A DNA stretch of 63,990 nt from Paraspadella gotoi. Its lineage: Eukaryota > Animalia > Chaetognatha. Position numbers and translations under genes: made by a program. Within the stretch, counting starts at the first letter, position 1, and each line of letters begins with the position of its first letter. Location of the stretch: the NCBI GenBank assembly GCA_051294375.1, contig CM119264.1, positions 1,869,298 to 1,933,287 on the forward strand, given 5' to 3'. The notes beneath the pieces are model-generated. The model ran no database searches. It worked only from the letters and a program-made list of their open reading frames with translations, and was not told the origin of the DNA. Shown here in pieces: positions 37,665 through 51,200 of this stretch.

Positions 37665-39199
37665 NNNNNNNNNNNNNNNNNNNNNNNNNGGGTGAATAAT
37701 AAGGCAAATTAGACAAAAGATTAATTATCGCAAGAAAATTATTTCGTTCTATTCGTTTATTGTACAGATAATAAGACTCACCAGAGTTGATCAAGCGCGG
37801 TTTCATTGTTTGCCACGTTATCCGTGTCTTGGGCAATGACGTCTAAACTTACATGATTCTAAATTTTTTTCAAATATTTTTTTTATTATAAATATTTTGT
37901 TTTCTCGTTGATACTTGAGAGAAATTTCAAGCTTTTCCTTACATAAATTTTTATAGGGATGATTCAATTTGTAATAACTAAAATCAAGATGTTCAATGAT
38001 ATCAAATAAATTCTTGTAAAGATCTGGTTGAATGGTTAACCCATCTGGATGAGTATTCTCACAGAGAAAAGAATCGTTATTGGTATAATTAATTAATTTA
38101 ATTTAATTTAATTTAATTAATTAATTAATTTAATTTAGACTGAATTATTAAGAAGTCTTCTAAAATCCTAATCTTACTCGGAAAGGCAAACCAATCTATG
38201 TACCTAACTTTTATTCATTTTTTCATTTATTAATTTATTCATAATTGAACCCTGTTTTTACTTTTTAAAAATGGCAATAAATTATCAGGGAAAAAAAATC
38301 TCACAAAACGTTCCTGCAAAGGCTGAATCGAATCTGTGGCGCTCCCGAAAAACCCCCCGCCAACCCTAAGAACCACTACGAAAAATAGAACTATTAGATA
38401 GGAAAATCAATATCTTCGGCCCCGAAATACCATAAAACCAATAACGTTGATGGGTATTTATAACTTCAATTCATACGATTTTACATTAGTTATAAAATTA
38501 ACTAAATAAACTTCGATCGTGAACGTCTTATTTCTCTTGTTTTGAAAATTCACGTCTCGCGTCGGGTATGGCATCTACACGTGAATTACTTCCACCTAAC
38601 TATTGACCTTATTCATGTCGCTCCTCCCTTCAACCACAGCCATCCCTCCCGCTTTAGCATCCTCACCTAAACACCTCCCTCAGTAATATGAATTGTGACT
38701 ACACGGCACGATCAGTTACATTCACCGTTATTGCAACGGGGCAAATCCCATACACCACAACGGACTCCCTTTTTTTTTTTTTATAAATTTACCTCATAGC
38801 CTCCCGGCCATAACATGCCCTAACAACCGCGCTGCTGCCGGCGCGCACAGCAGCCAAACCCCTGCCGGGCCGGACTTCCAACCCGACAGTTCTTCAGCGA
38901 TGGAGGGTCTTCGGAATTTAACATTTCCCCTATTCAGAACCGATTTCAACAGTCTCGTCGCAATTGTTGTCTGTCCCTTTGCCGCGATGCCAGATCCCCG
39001 TCAGTATTTTCCTTCTCCTCCCCGATCTGACCACGATAAGCCTCAATCAACTGTACAAGGCACATCGACACGATCTCCCTCCTCGTAAAACTTTACTCAC
39101 TCACTTACTCGAACCCTGCATTCTCCTCAGCATCTCTCTATCTCTTCTCCTTCTCTCTCTCTCTCCTCTCCGTCTCTCTCTCTCTCCTCCTCGCTCTCT

Positions 39200-39236
<37 letters not shown>

Positions 39237-39698
39237 CATTAAGTCCGAGACGGAAAAACGACGAGAGACGAGATGATGCGGGTATGCGATTTTATTCCGG
39301 TTCGAAGCCTTCTCCGTCTTCTGTCCTTTTTTATTCCCTTTTCTTTCTCTCTCAGATCTTCTTTCGACTCTTCTCTCGCTTGGATTCGTCGGTCGGCCCG
39401 CACCGCCCCCGTCTATTGTCTTCTCGCGCTAGCTCCTCTCGTTGTTCTCTTGCTTCTGGGCCTCTAATGCCTTTAAACTAACGAAATCTGGGGAAAAAGA
39501 AAATCAATTGAGAAATTTCTTCGCCGACTGCCTACATTAAACCGAGCCTCGGATCGCACGCGCTTATCCGCGAAAATAGAGTCCGCGCGATTAATAATCT
39601 ACGAGTTTCATAAATGCGCGGGAGGAGCCAATGAAAAAAACTCCAATCGTTCGAGAATGAAATCCTTTGAACTTTCCTCTTTCTCTCTCTCTCCCTTC

Positions 39699-39732
<34 letters not shown>

Positions 39733-42700
39733 TCTTCTCCTCTCCTCTCTCGGCTCTCTTCTCTCTCTCCTCTCTCCATCGACCACGCCCCATTCTCTCT
39801 TCTCTCACGGTTCTTTCCCTCCTCCTTCTCCCATTGTTTACTGTTCTGCGCCGACCGACGGCCCATTAAGGGTCTTGCAAAGAAGTGCGTGATCGACGGG
39901 GCGGAGATAGGAGATTACAGCGGAGATACGAAGCGAAGCTGTATGAAATTCATTGGCGAAGCTGAGAAGGAATTAGGGAGGGGCAATGGCTGAGCCGCAC
40001 TAATAGCTTGTACCGGAGCAGATCAAATTACTTCCATTTTTTTTAAAAATTCGTTTATTAGCAAAACAAAGGAAGTGATGTTATTACAATTACACACATA
40101 ATTGTCTTTTTACAAAAGTATTTCACAAACATTGTTAAAAATATCATTTTAAAAATTTTATCAAAATATTGACCAAAATCATATAGGTTTTTAAAAAAAA
40201 TTTTACTTAGTAAGAAATTCACTTAATTTATAATGCAAAGTAAGTTAACAGTCAATTTTTTTCCCGTCTACAGTAGTTTGGTTGGTCCCTCTAGCAATAA
40301 GCTTTAGATATTTAGCAAAAAATGTTCCATCTTTTCTTTACCATTTTTTTTCATTTTTTTTTAAACGGTGGCGCAGCATTGTACTGTAATTTTTTTTTTG
40401 AAAATGTTCAAAAAAATTATATGATGTATGGGCACCTTTTACAGCAATACTTCGTTTTTTGATTCACTTTTTTCATATGTTCTGCGCAAATCAGAAGGGT
40501 GAATAATAAGGCAATTAGACAGAAAGATTAATTATCGCAAGAAAATTATTCTCGTTCTATTTCGTTTATTGTACAGAAATAAGACCTCACCAGAGTGATC
40601 GAAGCGCGGTTTTATTGGTTTGCCACGTCATAGTCCGTCGGCTTGGGCAATGAACGTCTAAACTTACAGTGATCTAAATTTTTTTTTCAAACTATTTTTT
40701 TATTAAAATATTTTGTTTTCTCGTTGATACTTGTGACGAAATTTCAAGCTTTTCCTTAGCATAAATTTTTATAGAAGGGATGATTCCAATTTGTATAAAT
40801 AAACTCAAGAGTCAGTGATATCAAATAAATTCTTGTAAAGATCTGGTTTGATGGTTAACCCATCTGGATGAGTATCTCGAGCAGAGAGAGAACGAACTCA
40901 TTATTGGTATTATTAAGTAGAGTTTTAATTTAATTAATTATTAATATTTAATTAGACTGAATTATTAAGTAGTACTTCTAAAATCCTAATTCTTACTCGG
41001 AAAGGCAACAATCTATGTACCTACTTTTATTCATTTTTTCATTTATTAATTTATTATAATTAACCCGTTTTTACTTTTTAAAAATGGCAATAAATTATCA
41101 TTAAATAAACTTTAACATTATGTACTTGATGATTTTGTTTAAAATAAAAAGAGCATTGCTCAACAAATTTATATCGAAGATAGATTCAATTGAATTTTTT
41201 TTTAAATCTGAAAGCTAGTTTTTCCTTACTCTCATGAGCGCAACTAATTGTCAGTTCAATTCAGCGATCAAAACTTTCCAAGGGTGCTCTTTGGTTTTCT
41301 GCTGATATTGTGAGAGGCGATTTCAAGCCTTTTCCTCACTAAAGTGGAGTGGAATGCGTGGAGGGCCATATCACATAAACCCCTCATCATCTCATCATGA
41401 CGAAGGGTCCTCCATTGAGTTTCATATTGTGCGTCTTCCACAGATACTGAAGCGCCGCAAGAATGTACTCCAAGCTCCTTAGCAGTTGAGACGTCCAACA
41501 TTTTGGAAACTCCCTCAAATAGTAGACCGATGTTTGCCCGCGAGAAGCTGGAAGTAACGATTTGGACAGTGACATCTCCTTTTTCCCAATTTCTTTTCGC
41601 TAGAGTGCTGCTGAAAATTAATTGTTCCATCCACCTTTTCCTTTTTTTTTGGATTGTTCAAAAAATGAAATTTTTTTTGTAACTAGAACAAAGACACTTT
41701 TATTCATTTTTCATTCATTAATTTATTCATAATAATAAAACTTTAACATGACATACTGTAAATGAAATTTTGGGAAACAAAAGAAAGTGTTCAATGTCGA
41801 TGATTTGTTTAAAAAGATTAAAAGATTGGCCGCAACAAATTTATATATCCGGAAGTTAGATTCAATTAATTTTTTTTTAAAATCCGAACCTATATTTTCC
41901 TTACTTTTATTCATTTTTCATTTTATTAATTTACTACGAAAATCGTTTTTGTTCTTGAAAACGAAAGTTATTTTCAAATGCCACTTTCTTTGTATACTTG
42001 AAAATTAAAATCACTGGATGTTTCTTCTTTTTTTCAATTCAGTTTTGATCTTTCATTGAGACGTAAACTTTGATTGTTTTTAATGCACAAATTCTTCCAC
42101 AAAATTTGTCAGGACATTCATCACTGAACTTTGTTTTCTCGTTGATACTTGGATGAGAAATTCAAGCGTTTTCCTTACATAGAATTTTTATAGAAGGATG
42201 GATTCATTTGTAATAATTTAAATCATAGATGTTCAATATGATATCAAATAAATTCTTGTAAATGATCTGTTGAATGGTTGTAACCCATCTGGATGAGTAA
42301 TTAATTTAATTAGACTGAATTAGTTATGATGTTTTCTAAATCTTTAATCTTACTTCGAAAGGCAACCAATCTATGTACCTCACTTTTATCCATTTTCATT
42401 TATTAATTTATTCATAATTAAACCCTGTTTTTTACTTTTTAAAAAATGCAATAAATTATCATAATAAAACTTGTAACATATTGTACTTTGTATTGATTTT
42501 GTTTAAAATAAAAGAGATTGCTCAACAAATTTATTAATCCCGAAGATAGATTTCAATTATTTTNNNNNNNNNNNNNNNNNNNNNNNNNTTATAAATAACA
42601 TCTTTTTTAACATTATATGTCTTCATTTTATACATTGATGATTTGGTTTAAATTAAAAAGAAGCATATGCTCAACAAATTTTATTATCGAAGATTAGATA

Positions 42701-42779
42701 TGCGAGAGTTAATTTTATTTTTTTAAAATAAACTGAAGCTATGAATTAATTTTTTTTTAAATCTGAAGCTATATTTTCC

Positions 42780-43190
42780 TTACCTCGATGACGCAACTAT
42801 TGTCATCAATTCATCACTAAACTTTCCAAGGGTCTCTTTGTTTTCTCGTCGATATTTGAGAGCAATTTCAAGCTTTTCCACACATAAATTTTTATTGAAG
42901 GGATGATCCAAGTTGTAATCACTAAAATCAAGATGTTCAATAATATCAAATAAATCCTTATGAAGATCTTTTATAGAAGGGATGATCCAAGTTGTAATCA
43001 CTAAAATCAAGATGTTCAATAATATCAAATAAATCCTTATGAAGATCTTTTATAGAAGGGATGATCCAAGTTGTAATCACTAAAATCAAGATGTTCAATA
43101 ATATCAAATAAATCCTTATGAAGATCTTTTATAGAAGGGATGATCCAAGTTGTAATCACTAAAATCAAAATGTTCAATGATATCAAATAA
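42780..43190 (-). pseudogene. PolB palm fragment with about 4 clean copies of the 79-bp unit
   Basis: DLHKDLFDIIEHLDFSDYNLDHPFNKNL..NKETLGKFSDE, cf. Maverick/adintovirus PolB FDxSxY..HPL..NKKxLGKFKDE. Units start at 42963, 43042 and 43121. Confidence 0.85.
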
Positions 43191-43199
43191 AATGTTGTT

Positions 43200-43480
43200 C
43201 CCCACAATCTTCTCGATGTCGCGTGTTTGTGGGGAGGTTGCTTTGGCGCTGGCAGGGTCCTCGTAGTACGGTTATGCTTGCGGCAGCTTTGATTCCTTCA
43301 AATACTTCTCATAGTCGACAAGGATCTTGAAGATGGAGAAGACTAGGGCGAGACACTTCACGGGAACTATTCCTTTCTTTAGGGCTAGGGAAACGACTAC
43401 GACTGCTATTAGAGTGTATGCTGCAAGATAGGCAATGGTGAGTTTTGGCCATAAGTATCCCCTGAAATAAGTCACTGGCT
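43200..43480 (-). pseudogene. Unknown membrane-protein family, paralog B (truncated, fused to the PolB satellite); copy at about 34170-34450
   Basis: WPKLTIAYLAAYTLIAVVVVSLALKKGIVPVKCLALVFSIFKILVDYEKYLKESKL aligns to paralog A WPKLTIGYLSFYVVLAITIVSLALSRGIPPIKCFALVFSICKIFVDYDKYLKESKL. Confidence 0.65.
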
Positions 43481-44281
43481 AAAGGAAAACTCGAGGAGTA
43501 GTGGTGAAGCGTATATTGAAAAAAGACGATCACAAAAATAAAAATATTACAGAGAGGCGGAGAACAAGTCTTAACACAAGAGAGGGAAAGTGGGAAGTGA
43601 ATCTCGAATGGAAAAATCTCGTGGCTGCGCGAAACCCCCGATCGAAAAGGAGGAGGAAGCGAAATGGGAGGGGGAAGAAGATCTGCGCGTCGCCTCCTCC
43701 TCCTCACGCGCCCCATAAATTGCCCGAGAGGACAACACGCGCCCCGAATGGCACGGGCTGTCCTCGTGCACGTGCATGAGGTCCGAAGTGGAAAAAAAGC
43801 TAACGGTGCATGGTGAGCGTGATGCAGGTGAGTAGAAAAAAAAACAAAAAGGGGGTGGGTGAGGTTGGGGGGCAATCAATAAGTCAATCAAATAATAACA
43901 GAGAAAATCAATTCATCACGGGTACAATCAATAATGAACTTGACATTACAGAGACTCAGGCTAATCTAATAAGAAAAAAAAAACGAACTTGGCAGTGTAA
44001 AAAAGGCAAACAAAAAACGAAAAAAAACACGAAAACTTTCTCAAAAAAAAATTAAAACGAAAAAAAAAAAACGAAAACTTTCTCAAAGTTCCCATGCCCA
44101 TATTTTCCCTTATCACAGCGTCCTCGTTCGCCTTGATCGCTTTTTTTTTTCAAGCATAAGTAATGGGATTTTCTTTCTTTTGTAGATTTTTTTGCGAGAC
44201 GGCGCCGCGTCTCTTTTCTGTCTATTTCTACGTAGATGCTTCCATGCGTCGACTCCGTATCCGAGGGTGGGCGTGGCCGCG

Positions 44282-45046
44282 CTAATGTTTCAGGCGCCTG
44301 GGGAAGGAGAGCGCGCTGTGGGGGCGCGGTTCCGCGTCCTCGATTTCGAAACGATGTCGGGAGGCGCCGGGGAACTCCAGCTGCTCGAGCCTGATCTCGA
44401 CGTCCTCCAGTCGGGTGAGGATCGTGTTCAGGGAGATCAGGTTGTTGCCAACGACCTCTTCAACGTCTGCCTTGTGGTGCTTGAAGCCGGGTGTCCTCTC
44501 GGGGTCCTCGTACGTGTTGGGCGGGGTCTGCCTCAGCTTTGACTCTTTCAGGTATTTGTCATAATCCACGAAGATTTTGCAGATGGAAAAAACCAGCGCA
44601 AAGCACTTGATTGGGGGTATTCCTCTTGAGAGTGCCAGGGAGACTATGGTGATGGCCAGGACGACGTAGAAAGACAGGTAACCAATGGTCAGCTTAGGCC
44701 AGATTGACCTTATCTTTGTGGCGACTTTTCCGAAGACGTGGTCGCTTTCGGTCTCCTCCATCTCGATCAATTTGAGGACTGTGTCCGGGTTGAACAGCCT
44801 CGTTACATCTTCTTGAAATTCTCCTTTGAAGAGGCCCTCGGCGAGCGCCTTGCGCGCCATCTGCGCCAGCAGGGCGTTTTCCAGGTTCCAGGTTCACATA
44901 ACGCCTCTATGAGACGGAGTAGCAGAACCATATTAGACGGCGCCGCGCCTTGAGCGCCAACCCATGTCGCCATGTCAAATGGAGACGCCCGCCGCTATAG
45001 CCGCGCCACAGGCGTACACCATCTCCGGGGTTGAAATCGAAGGCAT
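44282..45046 (-). CDS. Unknown membrane-protein family, paralog A (hydrophobic hairpin plus short coiled coil; frameshifts near the 5' end); copy at about 35390-36244
   Basis: Acceptor ttgttgttccag lies upstream of ATG 45046 (MPSISTPEM...GAQGAAPSNMVLLLRLIEA). The 192-aa ORF has a TM region and LTRLEDVEIRLEQLE. GC-rich island. Confidence 0.6.
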
Positions 45047-45249
45047 CGTTTTAATCCTGGAACAACAAAAAAATTGTTTCCCTCTTTTCAAACAAATCGA
45101 ATAAGTTTAGTTAATCTCTCTAAACTTATATTTTTCTAAATTTTTTTCAAATTTTTTTTTTTATTCAAAATATATTATTGAAAAGCTTTCTTTAATCTGT
45201 CGGTGACGTGACCTGTGACCCTCAATAGATGTCAGATAGAGAGCTAGGT

Positions 45250-45710
45250 TTAGGTATTATTGACTAGTCTTATTTTTTGAATCACATTCAAGAACATTTC
45301 ATCTTTGTTACTAGAAAATCGTTTTTGTTCTTGAAAAACGGAAAGTTTATTTTCAAATGCCACTTCTTTGTATAACTTAAAATTTAAATCACTGGATGTT
45401 CTTTTGATGGTTGTCCCTCCATATTTTTTCAATTCAGTTTGATCGTTCAATTTGCGACTGTAAACTTTATTTTTTAATGCAACAAATTCTTCCACAAAAT
45501 TGTCAGGACATTCATCACTGAACTTTGTTTTCTCGTTGATACTTGAGAGAAATTTCAAGCTTTTCCTTACATAAATTTTTATAGAAGGGATGATTCAATT
45601 TGTAATAACTAAAATCAATGATATCAAATAAATTCTTGTAAAGATCTGGCTGAATGGTTAACCCATCTGAATAAGTATACTCAGACAAAAGAATCGTTAT
45701 TGGTATATAT
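45250..45710 (-). pseudogene. polB: Family B (protein-primed, Maverick/Polinton-like) DNA polymerase C-terminal remnant
   Basis: YTNNDSF (degenerate YxDTDS) at about 45690-45707, then KFSDECPDNFVEEFVALKNKVYS..KKYGG..LNFKLYKEVAF..EQKRFSSNKDEMF, cf. KFKDE..IxEFVGLRxKMYS..KKAKG..YKxCLF..FRS. Confidence 0.85.
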
Positions 45711-45859
45711 AAAGGAGAGCTAATTTAATTAATTAATTTAATTAAGACTGAATTATTAAGATGTCTTCTAAAATCTTAATCTTACTTGGAAAGGCAAACC
45801 AATCTATGTACCTCACTTTTATTCATTTTTTCATTTATTAATTTATTCATAATTAAACC

Positions 45860-46132
45860 CTGTTATTACTTTTTAAAGTGAAAAACTGGGTGAGCCTCGA
45901 GCCTTGGGTGCTGAGAGGAGGAAGAGGAGGATGAATGAGTGGCTGACGAGACACGAGACTCGCGCTCGGGCTGGTTTGGTCGTTGAAAACAAAGTAGGTA
46001 AATATTGTGGTTATTGACACATTTTATAACACAGACTTGATGATACTTACAATTTGTCAACAAGTTTTGATTTTGCATCTTTGATTTCTTTTGCCGACAA
46101 TTGATCCCTTGCTTTGATGGTCAATGAAGCCA
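45860..46132 (-). CDS. Possible 2-exon mini-gene or captured gene fragment (copy at about 37120-37405)
   Basis: aaaaATGGCT start; MASLTIKARDQLSAKEIKDAKSKLVDK then a gtaagt donor and an aaaccag acceptor; exon 2 reads FPSASLVSRQPLIHPPLPPLSTQGSRLTQFFTLKSNNRV*. Confidence 0.4.
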
Positions 46133-46279
46133 TTTTTTTAAGATAAAACGAATAAACAAATTTTTTAAAAAATATTAACGCAAATAATTTTAAAATATAA
46201 AATCTAACATCGTTTTTATAAATACACCAACCAAGCAGCACCCTTCTTAGATACCTCAAGCATCAAGGTCCCCCATTGG

Positions 46280-46760
46280 AGATGTTCAATGATATCAAAT
46301 AAATTCTTGTAAAGATCTGGTTGAATGGTTAACCCATCTGGATGAGTATTCTCACAGAGAAAAGAATCGTTATTGGTATAATTAATTAATTTAATTTAAT
46401 TTAATTTAATTAATTTAATTAATTAATTTAATTTAGACTGAATTATTAAGAAGTCTTCTAAAATCCTAATCTTACTCGAAAAGGCAAACCAATCTATGTA
46501 CCTCACTTTTATTCATTTTTCCATTTATTAATTTATTCATAATTTAACCCTGTTTTTACTTTTTAAAAATGGCAATAAATTATCATAATAAAACTTGTAC
46601 TTGATGATTTGTTTAAAATAAAAAGAGATTGCTCAACAAATTTATATCCGAAGATAGATTCAATTAATTTTTTTTTAAATCTGAAGCTATATTTTCCTTA
46701 CTTCAATGATGCAACTGTTGTCATCAATTCATCACTAAACTTTCCAAGGGTCTCTTTCTC
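46280..46760 (-). pseudogene. Further PolB fragments
   Basis: ETLGKFSDELMTTVAS at about 46700-46755; YTNNDSFLCENTHPDGLTIQPDLYKNLFDIIEH at 46380-46282. Confidence 0.8.
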
Positions 46761-48296
46761 TATCTGAGATGGGGGTAATCTGGGTCTAACTAACGAAGTC
46801 GTAAAGGAAGAAGGCGAAATGTAGGAAAACGTATATCTACTACTAAAAAAAGGCAAAAAAGGTGTTGTTGGTAACGTGACTCGTGGCCCTCAAAAGATGA
46901 CGGATAGAGAGCTAGGTGATACATAATTGACTAGTCTTATTTTTGAAGTTACCTGAAATAATTGTTGATTTGTCCAAATTGTAAATTGTAATTTAAACCA
47001 TGTTAATATATCAACTTAATCCCGTGAAACCAAAAAATGGAATGCACTTAATTCTCTGCCTCCTTTCCCGTCTCTCTTCCTTTGTTTATCTAATTCACTA
47101 AATGTTTACAAAATTAGGAGCCGAGCTCTGAGAATCTAACAGGATATTAAACTTTGAGACTAAGAATATTTTTAGAGAGACAAAATTTGAAAATAAAAGT
47201 TAATTACTAAACGGAGGCTAATTTAAAATATTACTGACATCTCCCCCCCCCCCAAAACAAATTTTTTTGTAACAGGCAGGTAAATAAACAAGCTAACAAT
47301 GTGTACAAATGATCACATGTAAAGCACTAGCACAAATAATCACAATGTAGTATTAACATATTACAAATTGATCACATATAGCTAAATATAGGAAAAATAA
47401 ATCAAGTATGAAAATAAATCGACGATGCATTTAATATGAAAATTGTAGCAAGTATAAAATGTTTTGAGAACAAATCGAACTGTCGGCCAAACAGTTCGGG
47501 AAAAGTTACAATTAGTCAATTTTATTTTGGATCCCACACAAAACAAAAACAAACGCTTCGCAAAACATTCTCACGCAATATCTCGATCGTTCATCATTCG
47601 AATCATTCGCTTTCGATCTATTTTCGATATCTCATCAAATCTTGTCGCTTCGATTTAAATCGATCTGATTGGTTCGTTCAATCGTCCAAAAATAACTCAT
47701 CTTACTCTTCCTACTCCCAAGTTCGAAATGGTAAGTGTGACGGATAAGTTCAGTATCCTCTTCGAAAGTGCGCAAATTATAATTAAGAATTTGCTTTCAT
47801 ATCAATTCAAATAAACTAAATTTTAATTTCGATAATAAAATTTCCATTTCATATAAACAAAATGATTTTTGTAATTGCTCTTTTGTTTATCGAATTTGTT
47901 TACACCGTGTCCAATTTATCGTTCCTAATCGTTTCCGGCCTTGTTTGCCCGTATTCCTGTGAAATAGTATAAATTTGTTTATTCGGCTGATTTTTCTTTT
48001 CATTCGGTATACTTTCCCTCCCGCCCAAAGGAAGAAAAAATCGCAGTATGAACTAATTTGTTATTCGAATCGCAACCAAAAACAAAATCGCAATACCTCG
48101 TGCCTTTATTTAATATCTAAATATATTGTTCATTTCAACCGTGTAAATAGCATGCAGATAAGCAAAAAAATCTAGCCAGAAAACAGGAAACGAGAAAATC
48201 GATAAGTAACCAAAACGTCGAAATATATAGAATATAAAGCCAGAAAATACACAGATCACATCGATTCTTACCGTAATTCGTTAGATCGTTCCATTC

Positions 48297-51200
48297 TCAA
48301 AACCAAATGTGTCGCAGATGCCCCGGGATCTTACTCCTGTACCACCGGAGCTGCTTGAGATAGTGCGAATGTTTGCAATTCTCCAGAGCCTGGACATCCG
48401 TAAAGGATGGCATCAACAGCATCCGCGGATGCAACCAGGCTGAAGAAAGCAGGTCTCCAGCGAATCTCGAACGGAGCATCCCGTCCCACTCTTCAAGCAA
48501 CAAATCCAAAATCACCACTGTCCGGTGAGACCTTATGGGCTGCCTCCGTCAGGCTTTCTCTCTCGGCGGGTCTTGTCGGTGAACCTGTCTCCTCATTTGG
48601 CGACCCGCGCTCCTTTGCGTATTCTCATAGCGGTCGATCGCGCTATCGTCCCAATGCCACGGCATCCCTCGTCGTCGAATTAGCACCACGTTTTTCCGAC
48701 AGAAAAACGGGCGCGTCTGAACTTGATAAATTCTTCGAGGGTGTCTGTCAATGAAACTTAGGAGCGATCGCATGGGCGGAACCTCTATCACGGGGAACAG
48801 GTTATCCTCGTAAAATGAATCGCAAACCTTGTCCCCGTCTCTCTTCATTTCCAAAAGTCTCGGAAGTTTGCCCTTCAACATAAACGGCCATTCGCTCTCC
48901 TTCAAATAAATCATCGTCGACGTCGTCTTAATCAGTCGGCCGTCAACTGCCATTTGCGCCGGAACCGCCGGGAGAATGTTAACAAGGCTGAACCACACAC
49001 TCTGAAGGAGCGGCACCACCTCCACATCTTGGTTTGCCACTGGCTCCGATCGGTCGTTCATCACCTTCTCCAAAGGTGGCATATCCTCCTCCAACTCGGA
49101 GTCCGTAACCGGACTCGGGGGTCTTGCGACCCGTTCCTCGCCTAACACCCTCGCACAATATCGAGAAAAGTGTTTCGTGTCCATTTATAGAATCTTAGCG
49201 GCATCTTCGCTGCCCACGCATCCTCGGCGCCGGAAATTAAGTACTCATAAACCGCGGGATGCACCAGCGCGGTGCCCGCCCCTATCCACTCAGCAGGTCT
49301 CCCCGAACCCAGCATGATCATGCCGGCGGCAGTCACCGCCGAACATTTCCTTATCCAGAGCGGGTAGAACCTCCACTCGTCCTGCGTGCATTTCTCATCG
49401 CTCTTCATCCAAGTGGCAACCGTATCCCATAGCTTCGCCGTCGACTTTCATAATCTCCAATCGTCATTGACTCATCATCCGAATAGTACTCTCAGTAGGG
49501 CCGGAAGCAGGTTGAAAACTAGAGGTTCCTCTCAAGATAAAAGTAAGACTAAAAGTGGATGATTAGAGTATATGAAAATAACATAATTTTTAAAAATTAT
49601 CTTATTAATAAGCGCACGGAAGCATTTAAAGATTATTTAATTCACTATATAAAGTTAAAAATTTTATTGAATTTTTCAAGTTTTTTTTAATGGATTTCTG
49701 GATAAGCTTTAAAAAGGTTAGATAAACGGTATTAATACAAATTTTTAAAAAATTTTTTTTTGTTTTAATGAAAATTTTAAAAAAACTATAAAGATTTCAT
49801 CCAATGATGATGATGATGGATGATTTTTCAACGTTATTTCATTTTTTAAACCAATGTTCTTGTCAAAAATTTTAAAAAATTGTAGTAACTAACTTTCATT
49901 AACTTCTCAAGCTCTATATGGAAATCCGTTTTCTTAAAAAAACTAATTTTTTAAAAAAAAATTTTTGTCATTTGTTATATATTAAATAATATGCTAAAAA
50001 GCTTAGTGCAACACCAATGAACTAATGTCAAAAAGTTGCATTGAAAGATCGATGAAGTAATCTAAGAAAAAGGAATTTTTTTGAGAGAAATAATAAGTCT
50101 ATAAAGAAGTGTTCCAATTTTGGGCGCCGCTTAGTATCGCCGCAGCGGGAACCCACGATTTTTGGCCCCCGTCTTCCTGAGCCCTCACACTCCAGCCCCT
50201 TCTAAACCATGGCATCCTTGGCTAGGCCCACAGGACCTCCGGAGACAGCCACGGGGCGAAATAGCCCGCCGGGAAGTCTCCACGGAAGGGACCGCCCCCT
50301 CATTTTCCCCCTACTTCCCTCTCCCCTGATCTTTCCCGCCTCCTCCTCTACACTTTCGGCTTGTCTCACATTCAGAGACCCTCCAGCTGTACCCTGTAAC
50401 CCCCCAAACACACCCTCCCAAATCCTCCTCTACGTCCCTCTCTGCCATTAACTCCACCACATCCTCGCTCACCGAGATTCCTCCCTGACCACGCCCCGCC
50501 GCTAACCAGCCCCCCCGAAATGCCCGTCGCCGCGCCTTCCCGATCTGGCAACACGTAATTAGTGACTGGATCATAACCCTACACAACACTCTGTACTGGA
50601 TCATAACGCTCACAACACCGCTCTGGCTGCCTGCGGTCTGACAGGCGTTGAGACGAATCCGAAGTCAGTCAGGTCGAGGGAGACCGGTGCCACGCCCACG
50701 CCCGCTTTCACGCCCACGCCCGAAGACGGGATGACAACGCCGACGCCGTTCCCGCCACCGTCACTGCTGGGCGGCGAAATGTCGACGACCTCGATTGGAG
50801 GCGCGGCGGGATAGATCTGAACGCTGTAGAATTTAGACAATATGAATTAGACAATGATTAGATAACGAGTAGACAATGACTAAACAATGATTTGTTGGAT
50901 AATGATTACAATTACACTTACAATCACGACAACGATTACATTACAATCAGTCACGATTAAGGATTGACATTACATGAAAATTTAATAAAAAAAAAACAAA
51001 AAAAAAACATTATTTGACTTTTTTAAATTTTCTTTACTTTCATCTAAGCCTCGCCCTCGAAAGCTTTTTTTTGATCACTTCTAAAAAAATATAGTGAAAT
51101 CTTATTAGCTTGACTTTTAAAGAGAATCTGTGCATATTAGCTAGCGAACTTACTTGATACTTTTCTGTTTCGCCGCTGCTTGGCGGCGGCGCCGTCGTCA

